Source: Octopus vulgaris
Taxonomy: Eukaryota
Length of the DNA stretch: 64,000 bases
Reading direction: 5' to 3'
NCBI GenBank assembly: GCA_951406725.2
Contig: OX597820.1
Span: 108,996,001 to 109,060,000 of the forward strand
The position numbers and the translations under genes were made by a program. Of this stretch, positions 1 through 11,984 are shown one piece after another. The notes under the pieces are model-generated. The model had not been told where the DNA came from, made no database searches, and worked only from the letters and a program-made list of their open reading frames with translations. The number at the start of each line of letters is the position of its first letter. Position 1 is the first letter of the stretch.

Positions 1-156
1 CAGGCGCAGTAAGGTGCCAGATATTTCAGTCATTTGTCTAAGTTGGCAACTATGTAACACTAGATATCAGAAATTTTAGACACCTCACCTAATACGTAGA
101 TCTTACAAGTTTTCATTGTAAACATTATGTAGACGGTTACTGCAATGTAAACATAC

Positions 157-273
157 CATCAGCATCTTGAGCAATCAATTTCCTCTTCAAACTTTTGTTT
201 TCTTTTGAATCTTCTTTTCCTTCTTTCTTTGTTTTTGATGGTTTGTTCATGTCTTGAGCAGGATATTCTGTCT
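157..273 (-). CDS. Exon of unidentified Lys/Ser-rich protein gene (minus-strand gene continues beyond window start)
   Basis: tag|...|gtatg borders, 117 nt, phase 1-1; reads (K)TEYPAQDMNKPSKTKKEGKEDSKENKSLKRKLIAQDAD; phase matches the 4737-4826 exon. Confidence 0.7.
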
Positions 274-499
274 CTATATGAAAGAATGTATCAGTGAGAA
301 AATACCATTATACTTCATTAATATTATTTTTAAATAGTTTTGGTGAAGGCGAATAATTTTTCTCTTCTTTTCATTTAGTGCCTAATTATTGACAAATGTT
401 GTTGAGACCTAACAATCTTGGTTTTCAATGCCCTGGGGAAAACGAATAACTTTCACCTTTCACTGGATATCAGGTTATTTATTGCATATCTTCAGGTAT

Positions 500-655
500 A
501 ATTGTGTCGTTAAGAAGTCCACTTCTCAACCACATGATTAAGGATTCTGTCCCACTGTATGACATCTTGGGCAAATACCTTCTACAAAAGCCCCAGAAAG
601 ATTAAAACCTTGAGTGGATTTGTAGATTTGATAGTCAGAAACTGAAAGAAGTCAC
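500..655 (+). mobile_element. Degenerate tRNA-derived SINE
   Basis: Diverged match to the SINE head at 1705-2092 and 5254-5635 (aaccacatg...gtcccactg...ttgggcaa...gagtggattt...gaaactgaaagaag). Confidence 0.55.
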
Positions 656-1149
656 TGAAATTCTCTGAAATTCATGAGCTACAAACAAGTTTATTGCCAT
701 TTCTACTGTTAACAAACTAATTGTTGGTTTTGTACTTTCAAAACTGAGTGAAATAAAAGATCCTTGAACTGAAAAACAGGTAAGTGACAAGGGCATCCAA
801 ATTTTCTCATATATCAGAAATAGAACCTTCCATCAAGACTACTTTCGCAAGTCAAACTTTCTAAAAGTTTAGCTCCCACCACCCTTAGCAAAGAAAAAAA
901 AAAAAAAATCTATGCAAAATTTTAGCTGAAACAAACAACAGCAAGGTGACCCTTATCGACCGTGAAATTTTGAAGTTTTTGCCCAGAAAGTCATTTTTTC
1001 AGAAAAAAACTTTTTATCTCATATAATTTTCTCTTAAATTAAAAACTTATTCAGAGTTATTCTTGGTAATAGAAGGATAAGTGACAATAAATATAATGGG
1101 GAAGGAAACTTGCAAAGTGGGGACAGAGCGCAGGTATAGGGCAAACACT

Positions 1150-1290
1150 TGTTTTTAACGTCCATTATCCATGCTGGCATGGTTTGGACAGTTTGATTGG
1201 GCTGGCACACTGGAAGGCTGCGCCAGGCTCCAACCTGATTTAGCATTGTTTTTTATGGCTGGATGCCCTTTTTAATGCCAACCACTCTGT
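1150..1290 (-). mobile_element. RTE-LINE 3' end / RTE-type SINE fragment
   Basis: ttaacgtcc...ccatgctggcatgg...gctggatgccctt...gccaaccact motifs recur at 20140, 51890 and 57640. Confidence 0.6.
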
Positions 1291-1704
1291 AGAGAAATAA
1301 AATATTAAGAAATATGTCAGTGATAAACAGTGAACTAATATGACTTGTCTACATTTGTAAATATAAGTTAACTAGTATTATAACTCGGTTTTATTCGGGG
1401 CTCCATTTTAAAGCACTTTTAAGATAAGTGTGCAAATTTTCAGGTCAATCCAACCATTTACTAACACTTTTGCCTGCATAACTGCTTGTGAGACAACGTC
1501 TGCTCTTTTCATAAATATTTTGTAGATTTATTTGTAATAGCTTGTAAGCACTCGTTCGTTTTGTTGTGGGGCATTGTAATATAGATCTTCCTCTGTTGTG
1601 TTGGTAGCCCTGACAAGAGTTGTAATACCATATTTATAACCTCCCCTATTTTATAAGGTTATGCACTTTGTATACTTATTTTGTGAACAAATACAATGCC
1701 TTTT

Positions 1705-2092
1705 TACTCTTTTACTTGTTTAAGTCATTTTGACTGCGACCATGCTGGAGCACCGCCTTCAGTCGAGCAAATCAACCCCAGGACTTATTCTTTGTAAGCC
1801 TAGTACTTATTCTGTTGGTTTCTTTTGCTGAACTGCTAAGTTACAGGGACATAAACACACCAGCATCAGTTGTCAAGCGATGTTGAGGGGACACAAACAC
1901 GTGCATATATATATACACACACACACATACAATGGGCGTCTTTCAGTTTCCGTCTACCAAATCCACTCACAAGGCTTTGGTCGGCCCGAGGCTATAGTAG
2001 AAGACACTTGCCCAAGGTGCCACGCAGTGGGACTGAACTCGGAACCATGTGGTTGGTAAGCAAGCTACTTACCACACAGCCACTCCTGCACC
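1705..2092 (-). mobile_element. tRNA-derived SINE (octopus-type)
   Basis: Minus strand has an A-box-like ggagtggctgtgtggtaag, a B-box-like ggttccgagttcagtcc, an internal (TG/TA)n and a gaaacaagtaaaag-type tail; related copy at 5254-5635. Confidence 0.8.
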
Positions 2093-2289
2093 TATAAGCT
2101 ACTTATCACACAGCCACTCCTGTGCCTTTGATGACTAATTCTTCATTTTTTTTTTTTCAGAACATTTGTGCAGGTACGAAGTGGCTTCTGTGACATGTTC
2201 TTCCTAGACCTGTGAAATGGCATCATTGTATTCAAGTAGTTCATCACACAAGTTAAGAAAAGATTTTCATGTGACTCTTGTTGGCTCCA

Positions 2290-2700
2290 TTTCCAATCAA
2301 ATTCTGGGAACCAAACTACCCTCAAATCAGCAAGTTTTAAACGTTTTTTTTTCTACAATGTAAGAGTCATAAATCTTACAATGAAGTGAAGCATTAGTGA
2401 TTCAAGAAGTTTCCATTTTTTGGCAAAAAGCACAAATTCCTACCAGAAGAAATGACCACTGCATTGATAAGGTACTCAAACTCCATGATGAATGGAAAAG
2501 TTTATAAAAAATTTGACTAGAACTGCAGGCAAGGAAAAAGAGAACTTTTTATAAAAATGATGGATGATCTCTTTGACATAGCTCATTTAGATGCTTTGGG
2601 ACAGATGAAAATTGAAGAGTATAAGAAGTTCTTAATGCTTCAGCACCAAAAACTAAAACACGAAAAAGAAAGCACTGAAGTGTACTTCAATGGAAACTGT
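2290..2700 (+). mobile_element. Decayed hAT-like (hATm-type) transposase fragment
   Basis: Interrupted frame FWQKAQIPTRRNDHCIDKVLKLHDEWK...MDDLFDIAHLDALGQMKIEEYKKFLMLQ resembles the N-terminus of these transposases. Confidence 0.5.
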
Positions 2701-2999
2701 CAGGAAAAAAAAAAGGTCAGTTGTTAATGTTTATTTGAGTTGGGTCACGCCCTTCCAATTGCTATAGATCTGTAATGCATCTTACAACTGTGCCGGTAAT
2801 CTATATTGTGAGGAATCCTACATTGGTGAGTGGTAACGACTAGGGTAGGTAGACTGCTTATTGTGATCATTTGTCATTTGGTTTCCTTTAGCTTTGCTCT
2901 CTTTTGTAAACTCAGTGAACATTCATATATTTCCGATTTCAAATTTGTACAATGGATATAAGACACAAGTTAAAAAAGATTCTCAACAATTCAACTTCT

Positions 3000-3331
3000 C
3001 TGGTTGACTTTAAGACACCCCACCCCTATTAGGGGCCTTAACTCCCACATTTTAGAGCTCCATTTTTCAGGAGTAAAAACGTTTGAATAGGTTTTATAAG
3101 ATTTGGATTTTGGAATCTGGGCATAAAGATGAGTAGTATGGAATAGAATTAGATATAATTAGAATTTTTCTTAGGGTGTGTAAAGAAGGAAAGAACCTTC
3201 ATTAAAATTCTTAATCTCCAATTTTGATGAAATTCGAATCATAGGTATTCCAGTTCATTAGAGAAAATATAAAAGAAAAGTCTAATTCTTCAATTCCATG
3301 TGACATGGGCAATGCCGGGTATCCCTACTAG
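3000..3331 (+). mobile_element. Non-autonomous Helitron 3' end
   Basis: catgggcaatgccgggtatccctaCTAG|T terminus; internal similarity to the 25180-25290 repeat. Confidence 0.5.
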
Positions 3332-4484
3332 TTTAAAATAAAAATCAGAATTTAACACACCTTACACATAAATTAATATTAAAGGTAAATATATAAAAAC
3401 AAAGAGGTAAATTTGAAAACAATATTTATAAACCAAATTTTATATATATGGCTGCAGCCTAATGGCTGAAACAAGTAAAAGATATAAACATACACACATA
3501 CACATAATATTCCTAAAAATGATCAGATTTCTTTTCCATGCATGTAGAAGACCAGAAACTATCTTTTTCCCCACTTTCTTTACATTCTGTATAACAACTT
3601 GTTTCCACAGTAATTGTATCGAAGGTAAAAGTGAAAAACAGTTTTCTTTCCTTGGAAAGACTGGCTACATCTAATCTCTTCCTACAGATGACTAAAAAAA
3701 CGTTTTCAAATTCTTACTACATTCAGGTACAAATTTATGTTTCTTTTTTATCACCCTGTTGGAACTGTTGTCAGAATAATTTCATTTTCAGAAATAAAAA
3801 TATGAGATTCGTCATCACAAACATGATTTTTATGTTTGCATTACATTCTGCTACATTTTTGTCTGTCAAAAACCTTTTGAATTCAAATTTGCTGCTTGAC
3901 AACATGAAACTGGTATCTATTTATCATCCATAGTGAAATATTTCAGAAAATTGAATTGAAAACACAGGAAAATGCCTCCAAAATTTCTCTGAACTCAAAT
4001 TTCACAGCAAATAATGTTGGACAGTGTAACTCAACTGTTTACATCATGAAATCAAGTGTTTTCACTAATGAGATGTGTGCTGAAATTCACGCTGAAACAT
4101 GAATATGTCATTTTGGGAAGCTTTGTGCAGTTTAGTAACACAAGCTCCAAAAAGTTTTCAGGCAGGTTAGTAATGAAATAGTTAATGTCCACTTCGGTAT
4201 CAAAACGTGTTTCACCAACATTTTTTCATAGATATAATTATCTCATGTGTTAATTCTATAATTATCTGACATGTTAATTCTAAAGAAAGATAATGTGAAA
4301 TTTGATGAAGATTATGGTGCTATTTCTAGCAGGTCTAGTGACAGCATGGAGCCCTATCCTTCAACAATAGACTAGTGATAACTTGATGGCCACAGATTCT
4401 TTTCCAATTCCAAGACTACAAAGAGCCAACTGGAAGACAGAAGCAATAATATATATTTCAAATTCTGACAAAGGCAAGGATATT

Positions 4485-4687
4485 CTTTTCTACTCTAGGT
4501 ACAAGGCCTGAAATTTTAGGAGAAGGGGCCAGTCGATTAGATTGACCCCTGTATGGAACTGGTACTTAATTTATCGAACCTGAAAGGATGAAAAGCAAAG
4601 TTAACCTTGGTGAAATTTGATCTCAGGACATAAAAACAGGTAAAATACTGCTAAGCATTTCGCCTGGTGTACTAACATTTCTGCCTT
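4485..4687 (-). mobile_element. SINE of a second family with 15-bp target-site duplication
   Basis: aaaggcaaggatatt at both 4470-4484 and 4688-4702; central ctggtactt...atcga...gaaaggatgaaa SINE-like domain. Confidence 0.8.
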
Positions 4688-4736
4688 AAAGGCAAGGATA
4701 TTAATATCTAATGGAAGATGATTTAGTTACACTTAC

Positions 4737-4826
4737 TATCATTTTTCACTACTTCTGGTGTAAATGACTTTCTTCTTTTCTTGGTTTTTAGTACTTTTAC
4801 TTGAAGGCCATTCTTTGGTGAAACAC
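4737..4826 (-). CDS. Exon of unidentified Lys/Ser-rich protein gene
   Basis: cag|...|gtaagt, 90 nt, phase 1-1; (G)VSPKNGLQVKVLKTKKRRKSFTPEVVKND with SPK and NLS-like KKRRK. Confidence 0.75.
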
Positions 4827-5069
4827 CTGGCCAACAAGAATAAAAATTGTATATTAGATAAAATAAAAACACTGATGCAAACTTGGTCAACAATTACAAA
4901 GAGGAGTTTTCAAATAAACCTAAATAAAAAAGAACAAAAAGCAATTTAAATCCATTTGTTGCCATATTTTTCCTCAAATACATTGGCCTTATTTCAATAA
5001 ATTTTGAAAATAAAAAATTTATTAAAATAAGTATATTTAGAACATAACATAGAAGAAATTTTCAAGCAC

Positions 5070-5222
5070 TCTGTAAGGTGATTGGTGTCAGAAAGGGCAT
5101 CCAGCCCTAAAATCATTTCAAAACAGACACTGAAGCCTAGTGCAGTCTACTAACTAGCCAGCTCATGTCAAATTGTCCAACCCATGCCAGCATGGAAAAT
5201 GGACATTAAATGATGATGATGT
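5070..5222 (+). mobile_element. RTE-LINE 3' end / SINE fragment
   Basis: aagggcatccagc...gtccaacccatgccagcatggaaaatggacattaaa(tga)n tail. Confidence 0.65.
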
Positions 5223-5253
5223 TTCCATATAGATCACCGTAAATAAATATATT

Positions 5254-5635
5254 GGAGTGGCTGTGTGGTAAGTAGCTTACTTGGCAAGTGTGGTAAGTAG
5301 CTTACTTGGGCAAGTGTCTTCTACTATAGCCTCGGACTGACCAAAGCCTTGTGAGTGGATTTGATAGACGGAAACAGAAAGAAGCCCGTCGTATATATGT
5401 ATATATATGTGTGTGTGTGTGTCTGCGTGTTTGTGTGCCTGTGTTTGTCCCACCAACATCGCTTGACATGTGATGCTGGTGTGTTTACGTCCCCTGTAAC
5501 TTAGCGGCTCGACAAAAAGAAATCAACAGAATAAGTGCTAGTCTTACAAAGAATAAGTCCTGGGGATGATTTGCTCTACAAAAAGGTAGTGCCCCAGCAT
5601 GGCCGCAGTCAAATGACTGAAACAAGTAAAAGAAA
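5254..5635 (+). mobile_element. tRNA-derived SINE with internal head duplication/deletion
   Basis: Same family as 1705-2092; gtgtggtaagtagcttacttgg is duplicated and the B-box region is missing. Confidence 0.8.
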
Positions 5636-5993
5636 AAGATGAATAAAAGAATATATACCTACATACTCTTTTATGTGTCAACCCTAATGCTGTGATTCTG
5701 CTGGAGCACCACCAGTACATATACATATCAATATATACTTATTTAGATGAATGTTTTTGCATTATTTTAATACAGAACTTGATGGGGGTAGGTCAGATAA
5801 TTACAAAATATAAGTGAAAATTTATTATTAATTTTTATTTAGAAAAGAACAATTTCTTCAGCATTTTTATACTATAAGAACGAAACATTTCTTAAAAAGC
5901 TTAAAAACTTCCTCCTCGTGACAGTATGGTTTTTAACACAACTCAAAGTTATAGTGCCTGATTGCATTAAACTAGAGCATTTATAGATAGAAG

Positions 5994-6045
5994 GTCTTAC
6001 AGCTGTTTCTAGGATATTAATTAAAAATATCCCTTCATCGGAGAC
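5994..6045 (-). ncRNA. Minimal type I hammerhead ribozyme motif (Penelope-associated type, U4C variant)
   Basis: Minus strand: GUCU-CCGAUGA-A-GGGAUAUU/AAUAUCCU-A-GAAA-CAGCUG-UA^AGAC; stem I GUCU/AGAC, 8-bp stem II, palindromic stem III. Confidence 0.6.
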
Positions 6046-6178
6046 GGTGTGAGAGGAAAAAGTTGTCATTTACTCAACATCCCAAAGTGACACATAAGCA
6101 AAATGGTATGATTTAAACATATTCAGCCTTTCTTTTCCCTTCTAGTCTCTCCTTTTCTTTTATGTATGTATTTTTCTT

Positions 6179-6291
6179 CACTCTGATGAAGCTCCATGTT
6201 CCAGATCGGTTTTATTGCCAAATATGATGATATTTTTAGAATATCAATAGCAATACCATATAATATTTGAAGCAGAAGCAGCTGTTAGATG
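6179..6291 (+). ncRNA. Degenerate hammerhead ribozyme motif with long stem II insert
   Basis: CUGAUGA-A-GCU...AGC-A-GAAG-CAGCUG-UU-AGA; same architecture as 5994-6045 but GAAA>GAAG. Confidence 0.4.
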
Positions 6292-6494
6292 GGATACAGT
6301 CTATTTGTATTGAATTAAAAAATAATAATTGATGTAAGTCAATTGTTGTTGATCAATATTTCTCCATTTTCTATTTAATATATATGAGTGTGTGATAATA
6401 TGTTTGAAAAATTTGTATTTTTGTAGCTGTCAACACAAAATCAATATTTGATATTTAATTTGAAGGTTAATCCTTAAAGTAAAGCATTTCTTAC

Positions 6495-6537
6495 CTTTAG
6501 ATTCTTCCGCATTCCCAAAACTCACTGTTTGTAAAGG
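6495..6537 (-). CDS. Small exon of unidentified Lys/Ser-rich protein gene
   Basis: Strong AG|gtaag donor ending in phase 1 (PLQTVSFGNAEESK-G); acceptor uncertain (6537 aag or 6524 cag). Confidence 0.45.
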
Positions 6538-7139
6538 CTTCAAATTCAATTTTATTTTTAAGAAATGAAAAAAACAAACAAAACAGAAATTATATAATTG
6601 TTATTGTAGTTTTTTTTTTATTAAAATGATAATTTTAATATTTCTGCACTAATTTATTTGTTTGAAAATCTGGTGAAAAACAGGATTTCCAAATTTAATG
6701 CATATATCTCTACTACCATCACTAACAATGGGGAGTAAGGAATTAATTCCAGTTACTTATTAAGCTGATCATAAATCTTTTCATTTTCTAAAATTAATAC
6801 TTAACTTTTAAAGCAAACACTGCCAGAAGATCTAGCATCCAAATATGCAAAGATAGTTTTAAAATTGTACAGTGAAAAATAAACAAAAACTTCTATAAGA
6901 GATTTAATTTCAAATGTATAAGTATTCAATACCAAGTGAATTTGACCATTTTGCTTCTACATTATAAGGTATATATATAAAAGAACTATAAAGCAGCTTT
7001 TGTGAAGACAGTGTCTCAGAGTTTGCTCTTTGTCACTCTCACATAATCATACATGTTTCACCTCTGAACGTAAATAGTTTCATCATCATTTAATATCCAC
7101 TCTTTCATACCAGACAAATTCCATGTCAGACAGAATTTG

Positions 7140-9190
7140 TTAACCCTTTCGTTACTAACCCGGCCCAAAAATTTTTTGGTTCATAATACCAACCTGGCTG
7201 TACCTGGCCGAGAGAACATATTGTTATTTAAATGTAAATTTGAACCCAAATCTCATTGGCACATTCGTTAAAACACGTGATTTCACTTTGCTAACAGTTG
7301 AGTTATTGTATCCGACATTGTTTGGCGTGATATTTGAACTCAGTGAATTTTGGAAGATTTTTTTTCTACATTTTTATCGACAGTAATTTTTTTCAACTTT
7401 GAAAATGGAGAGGAGTTTTATGCTATCAAGCAGTGACTCCGAATTTGAAGGTTTTTCGACTGAAGATATGGAGATTTCGAGGAGAAGAATGGATGAAGTA
7501 GAAAAGCACGTGGTGGATGAATTTGAATCGGATATTTCTGTATCCAAAAGTGATTCAGAAGAAACTGAAAGCAGCGACATAGACAACAAGGATTATTTTA
7601 CACCAGAATGGAGTAATAAGTTAAAAAAAGTGTCTATTAACAATTTTTCTGAGGAGACAGGGTCTACCCATAGTCTTTCTCAGAAAGCGAAACCAATATA
7701 CTTTTTCTTTTTATTTTTTTCCAGCATGCTTGTTTGAAGCAATCGCTGCGGAAACAAATCGTTACGCAGAATGTAAACAAGCTGGAAAAAAAGATAGCTT
7801 GTGGTACCCAACAACCGTAGACAAAATGTGGGCATTTTTTGCCATAAATATTATTATGGGTATAAGGCAGTTACCCAGAATTACAAATTACTGGAGCAAA
7901 CAGGAACCTTTTGGCAATCAATATGTTTCCAGTATAATGACCAGAATAAGATTTATAAAACTAAACCAATATTTACACGTGAGAGACACTAACAGTACTC
8001 CAGTACGTGGAGAACCACACTTTGATCCCTTATTTAAAATAAGACCCCTCAATGACGGTGTTCAAAATGCATATAAAACATTTTACAACCCTGGAAGGTA
8101 TTTATCTGTCGATGAGGGAATGGTGGGGTATAAAGGAAGGGTACGCTTCTGACAATATATGCCAGGAAAGCCCACAAAATGGGGGATCAAAGTTTGGAAA
8201 ATATGTGAAGCAAATACTGGGTACTGCTGTGGATTTAGCTTCTACACTGGAAAAAGAGACAATAATGTTAGTCAGCAATAGGATACAATGTGGTTTGGAA
8301 TTTATCTCTTCCATACCATAACCATGTTTTGACTGATTTTTTAGTTCGGTCAAACTTGCGGTGGATTTAGAAGCTATGGCAACGTAGACGTATTCTACAG
8401 TAATTGCTAGTAGAAAAGGGATATAAAAAAAGCAAAATTAAAAAAAAGAGGTGAAATAATCCAACTGCAGAAAGGAAATCTACTAGCGACCGCAAACAGA
8501 GATAAGAGGCAGATAAATTTTCTATCTACCAGTGCACAACCATGTATAGATGAAAATGGCACTCCGTTTGTGAACCTTGATTATAACAGGTACATGGGCG
8601 GTGTGGATCAGCTGAACCAGATGATGAGTTATTATCCGGTTGGTAGACCGGGTAATAAATGGTGGCGATACCTGGTTTGGTATATAGTAAACATGAGCAT
8701 TGTAAATGCATTTATATTATATACCAAATCAGGAGGGGTTCGCAAGCGGTGCGACCATCTGCAGTTCCGGGCAGATGTAGCAACGCAGTTGAGAGTAGGT
8801 TATTCCTAAAAAAAAATAACTGCAGGAAGGAAAAGCAAAACCTGCCAGAGAGATATTCCTCTGAGTTCAGCCAATCTACATAAATTAGAAAAAAATCGGG
8901 GGTTGCAAAAGGCAGTGCCATGAATGTCTACATCAACAAAGAAAAACCCCCAGTGGACGGCCAGTTGAAACGTCCTTCCAATGTGCATTCTGCAAGGTTG
9001 CAGTATGTAGAGTGGGGTGTTTTACAACTTTCCATGATAGAAATATAGTGTAAATATTGTTTGTATATATGTATAATTAGATTGTATAAATATTTTTAAA
9101 ATTTACTTAGTTTTAACTTTCTATTATTTGTGTCAATTTTTGATATTATTTGAGATATTCTTAACGTTTCTTTCGCCTCAGAGAGAGTGG
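7140..9190 (+). mobile_element. piggyBac (PGBD4-like) transposon, defective; right end not found
   Basis: TTAA-CCCTTTCGTTACT left end; broken transposase ORFs 7399-8809 with SVDEGMVGYKGR, KPTKWGIK, DYNRYMGGVDQ, KWWRYL and a Cys-rich tail. Confidence 0.9.
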
Positions 9191-9315
9191 ATAGTTTTGT
9201 TAAATGGAGTGCCAATTGAAATTTGACTGACCTGGTTAAGATTCATATTTGTTAGCATTAGGTAAATATACATGCAAGCTATTTACTAAACTAATATTTC
9301 CATCTAAGCTTTTAC

Positions 9316-11767
9316 TAGTTTTCGGCCCCAACACTTCTTAAATTATTTGTCTGTGTTATTTCAAAAGTAAGATCTGGTTTACTCACAGTTTCAAGAGCAG
9401 TTTCTTGGTCCATTTTATTTCCAGTATCTTCTCTATTCTCCAGTTTACTAATATCTGTTTTACTGATTGATTTAGCAGATGTGTTGTCCTCTCCTGCTGA
9501 CTGTGACATAACAAACTGATTAGAATTTTCTGTTGATTTCCCAAGACTTGAATTTCTTATTTCTTCAGAATCTAAAACTAAAACACATTTTTTATTACTC
9601 AAAGATTCAATCACTTTAGACAATTTTGTATTAGCCCTTGCTGAGTTCTCTACAAAAGCACTGGTCGTTTCCAGACTCTCCACAGGAGCACCGGCCGCTT
9701 CCAGACTCTCCACAGGAGCACCGGCCGCTTCCAGACTCTCCACAGGAGCACCGGCCGCTTCCAGACTCTCCACAGGAGCACCGGCCGCTTCCAGACTCTC
9801 CACAGGAGCACCGGCCGCTTCCAGACTCTCCACAGGAGCACCGGCCGCTTCCAGACTCTCCACAGGAGCACCGGCCGCTTCCAGACTCTCCACAGGAGCA
9901 CCGGCCGCTTCCAGACTCTGCACAGGAGCACCGGCCGCTTCCAGACTCTGCACAGGAGCACCGGCCGCTTCCAGACTCTGCACAGGAGCACCGGTCGCTT
10001 CCAGACTCTGCACAGGAGCACCGGTCGCTTCCAGACTCTGCACAGGAGCACCGGTCGCTTCCAGACTCTGCACAGGAGCACCGGTCGCTTCCAGACTCTG
10101 CACAGGAGCACCGGTCGCTTCCAGACTCTGCACAGGAGCACCGGTCGCTTCCAGACTCTGCACAGGAGCACCGGTCGCTTCCAGACTCTGCACAGGAGCA
10201 CCGGTCGCTTCCAGACTCTGCACAGGAGCACCGGTCGCTTCCAGACTCTGCACAGGAGCACCGGTCGCTTCCAGACTCTGCACAGGAGCACCGGTCGCTT
10301 CCAGACTCTGCACAGGAGCACCAGCACTTCCAGACTCTGCACAGGAGCACCGGTCGCTTCCAGACTCTCCACAGGAGCACCAGTTGCTTCCGAACTCCCA
10401 GCAAGAACAGTGGTCGCTTCCAGACTCCCAACAAGAGCAGTGGTCACTTCCAGGCTCTCCACAGGTATATTAGCCTCTTGTGGACTCTCTACAGGATTGC
10501 AAGCTTCTAGGCTCAAGAGAGCACTACTCTTTCCTGAGTTTTTAACTAGAGCACTAGCTTTCCCCGGGCTCTTCAAGTCAGTACTAGCCTTCCTTGGGCT
10601 CTTTAAGGGAATGCTAGCCTTCTCTGGACTCTTCAAAGCAGCACCAGCCTTATCTGAGGACACAGAAATACGAGCCTTTACTGAGCTCTTCATTGTAGCT
10701 CTTGTCTTTCTTGGGCTTATTACAGGGACACTAGCAGTGATGATAATATTTTCTGAAGCATTAATAACTGATTTTCGAGTTAACCGTCTTGGAGTGCCAA
10801 ACTCTTTTGATGAAGCATCTTCAATTTGGAGTTTATTAATATCAGTTTCACCAGAATCTTGAACTTTTTGAACTGAAGGGATAGTCTCTGTATCTTGTTT
10901 TAGTTCCATTTCAACAACCTGACTTTTATTTTCTAGTACAGCCTCATTACTATCACTTTGTACTACTTGAGTACTGTTTAGACATTGCCGTTTAGTACCC
11001 ATTTTCCCTGGACTTCTTAGGAAGCTACTTATATTTTCTGAAGCTTTTATAGCTGATTTTCGAGTTGACTGGTTTTTGATATCTTTCTCTTCAGGTGTGG
11101 TTTGATCACTTTGAAGATTATCAACTTTAGTAATGTCTGAATCTTGAAATTTTTCCTCTGGACAAAGGATATTTGTTTCTTGCTTAGATTTCACTTCAGT
11201 TGATACATCATTCTCTGTTTGTGCAGCTTCAGAATTTAGAACTGCATCAACATTTTTCACATCATCAATTAAAGCCATGGGTTCTTGCATATGAACCTTT
11301 AGTGGACTTTTAAAAACTGTGGAAGTGCTTACTGAAGCAAATCTAGCTGACTGACGTGTTAATCGTCTTGGGGTAAACTTCTTTGATAGTGTTTCTTTAG
11401 TTTGAAGACTATCTATATTAGCCAAATTAGAGGCTCTTGTCTTTTGAATTAATGTATCCTTGTCAAATTCTCTACATTTCACTTCTGAGGGAGTCGCTTC
11501 ACATGTATGTTCAGATTTATTGGTGTTATTATTTTCAACAGTTTTTATCATATTAAATGTCTCTTTCATCATTAAACATGCTTTTTTACGAAGGGTTCTT
11601 GGAGTAACTAGTTCTGCTGAAACAGATTCTGAAATTTTACCAGGATCTTTGTGTGATTTTGTCTTTGACACAACTTCTTGATCTTCAGATTTTACATTTA
11701 TCTTCTTAGTGGTTAATTTGGTAAATTCTGGTGATCTTGATTTCCTCTGACTGCACCGACGTTTACT
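9316..11767 (-). CDS. Giant (~2.4 kb) exon of unidentified S/T-P-x-K-rich, low-complexity protein; apparent 1-bp frameshift near 10321-10330
   Basis: ttacag acceptor, phase 0 (SKRRCSQRKSRSPEF...); ORFs 9650-11671 and 9315-10313 join if one base is restored; many TPRR/SPRK/SPGK/SPLK motifs; donor either after 9387 (gtgagt, phase 0) or after 9316 (gtaaaa). Confidence 0.75.
9661..10650. repeat. 30-bp coding minisatellite (22 near-perfect units at 9661-10320 plus degenerate units)
   Basis: Unit ccgg(c/t)cgcttccagactct(c/g)cacaggagca encodes (E/Q)SLEA(A/T)GAPV on the minus strand. Confidence 0.97.
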
Positions 11768-11984
11768 CTGTAATGTAAAAATATTAAATTATAATTAATG
11801 TATGAGAAATTACTTAATTTATATGATCAAGTAAAAAAATGTTTCTAAACTAAATTCACAACTACAAAGGGTATAATTATATTTATTAAAGACAATATTT
11901 GAAAACTAGGTTCTACAAGGAAATAAGTGACAACGGAGTATGTAATCAGATGCAAACAATCAAGAGGGCAGTATGGAAGTGTAA

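Noticed and set aside
2020-2092. tRNA gene
   Set aside because: A/B-box-like head belongs to a multicopy SINE; no full cloverleaf.
3650-4200. Possible hAT C-terminal relic (also 46430-47050) and LINE tail at 26640-27130
   Set aside because: Too degraded to assign by eye.
7043-7053. Possible 11-nt microexon of the minus-strand gene
   Set aside because: It has cag/gtatg borders, but joining it to the 9316 donor creates TAA; unsupported without transcripts.
9661-10320. CRISPR-like array
   Set aside because: Head-to-tail repeats with no spacers, inside a eukaryotic exon.
9631-10510. Long ORFs (CSCAESGSDR)n and (PDSAQEHRSL)n
   Set aside because: Alternative frames of the stop-free 30-bp repeat; only the SLEATGAPV frame continues into unique coding sequence.
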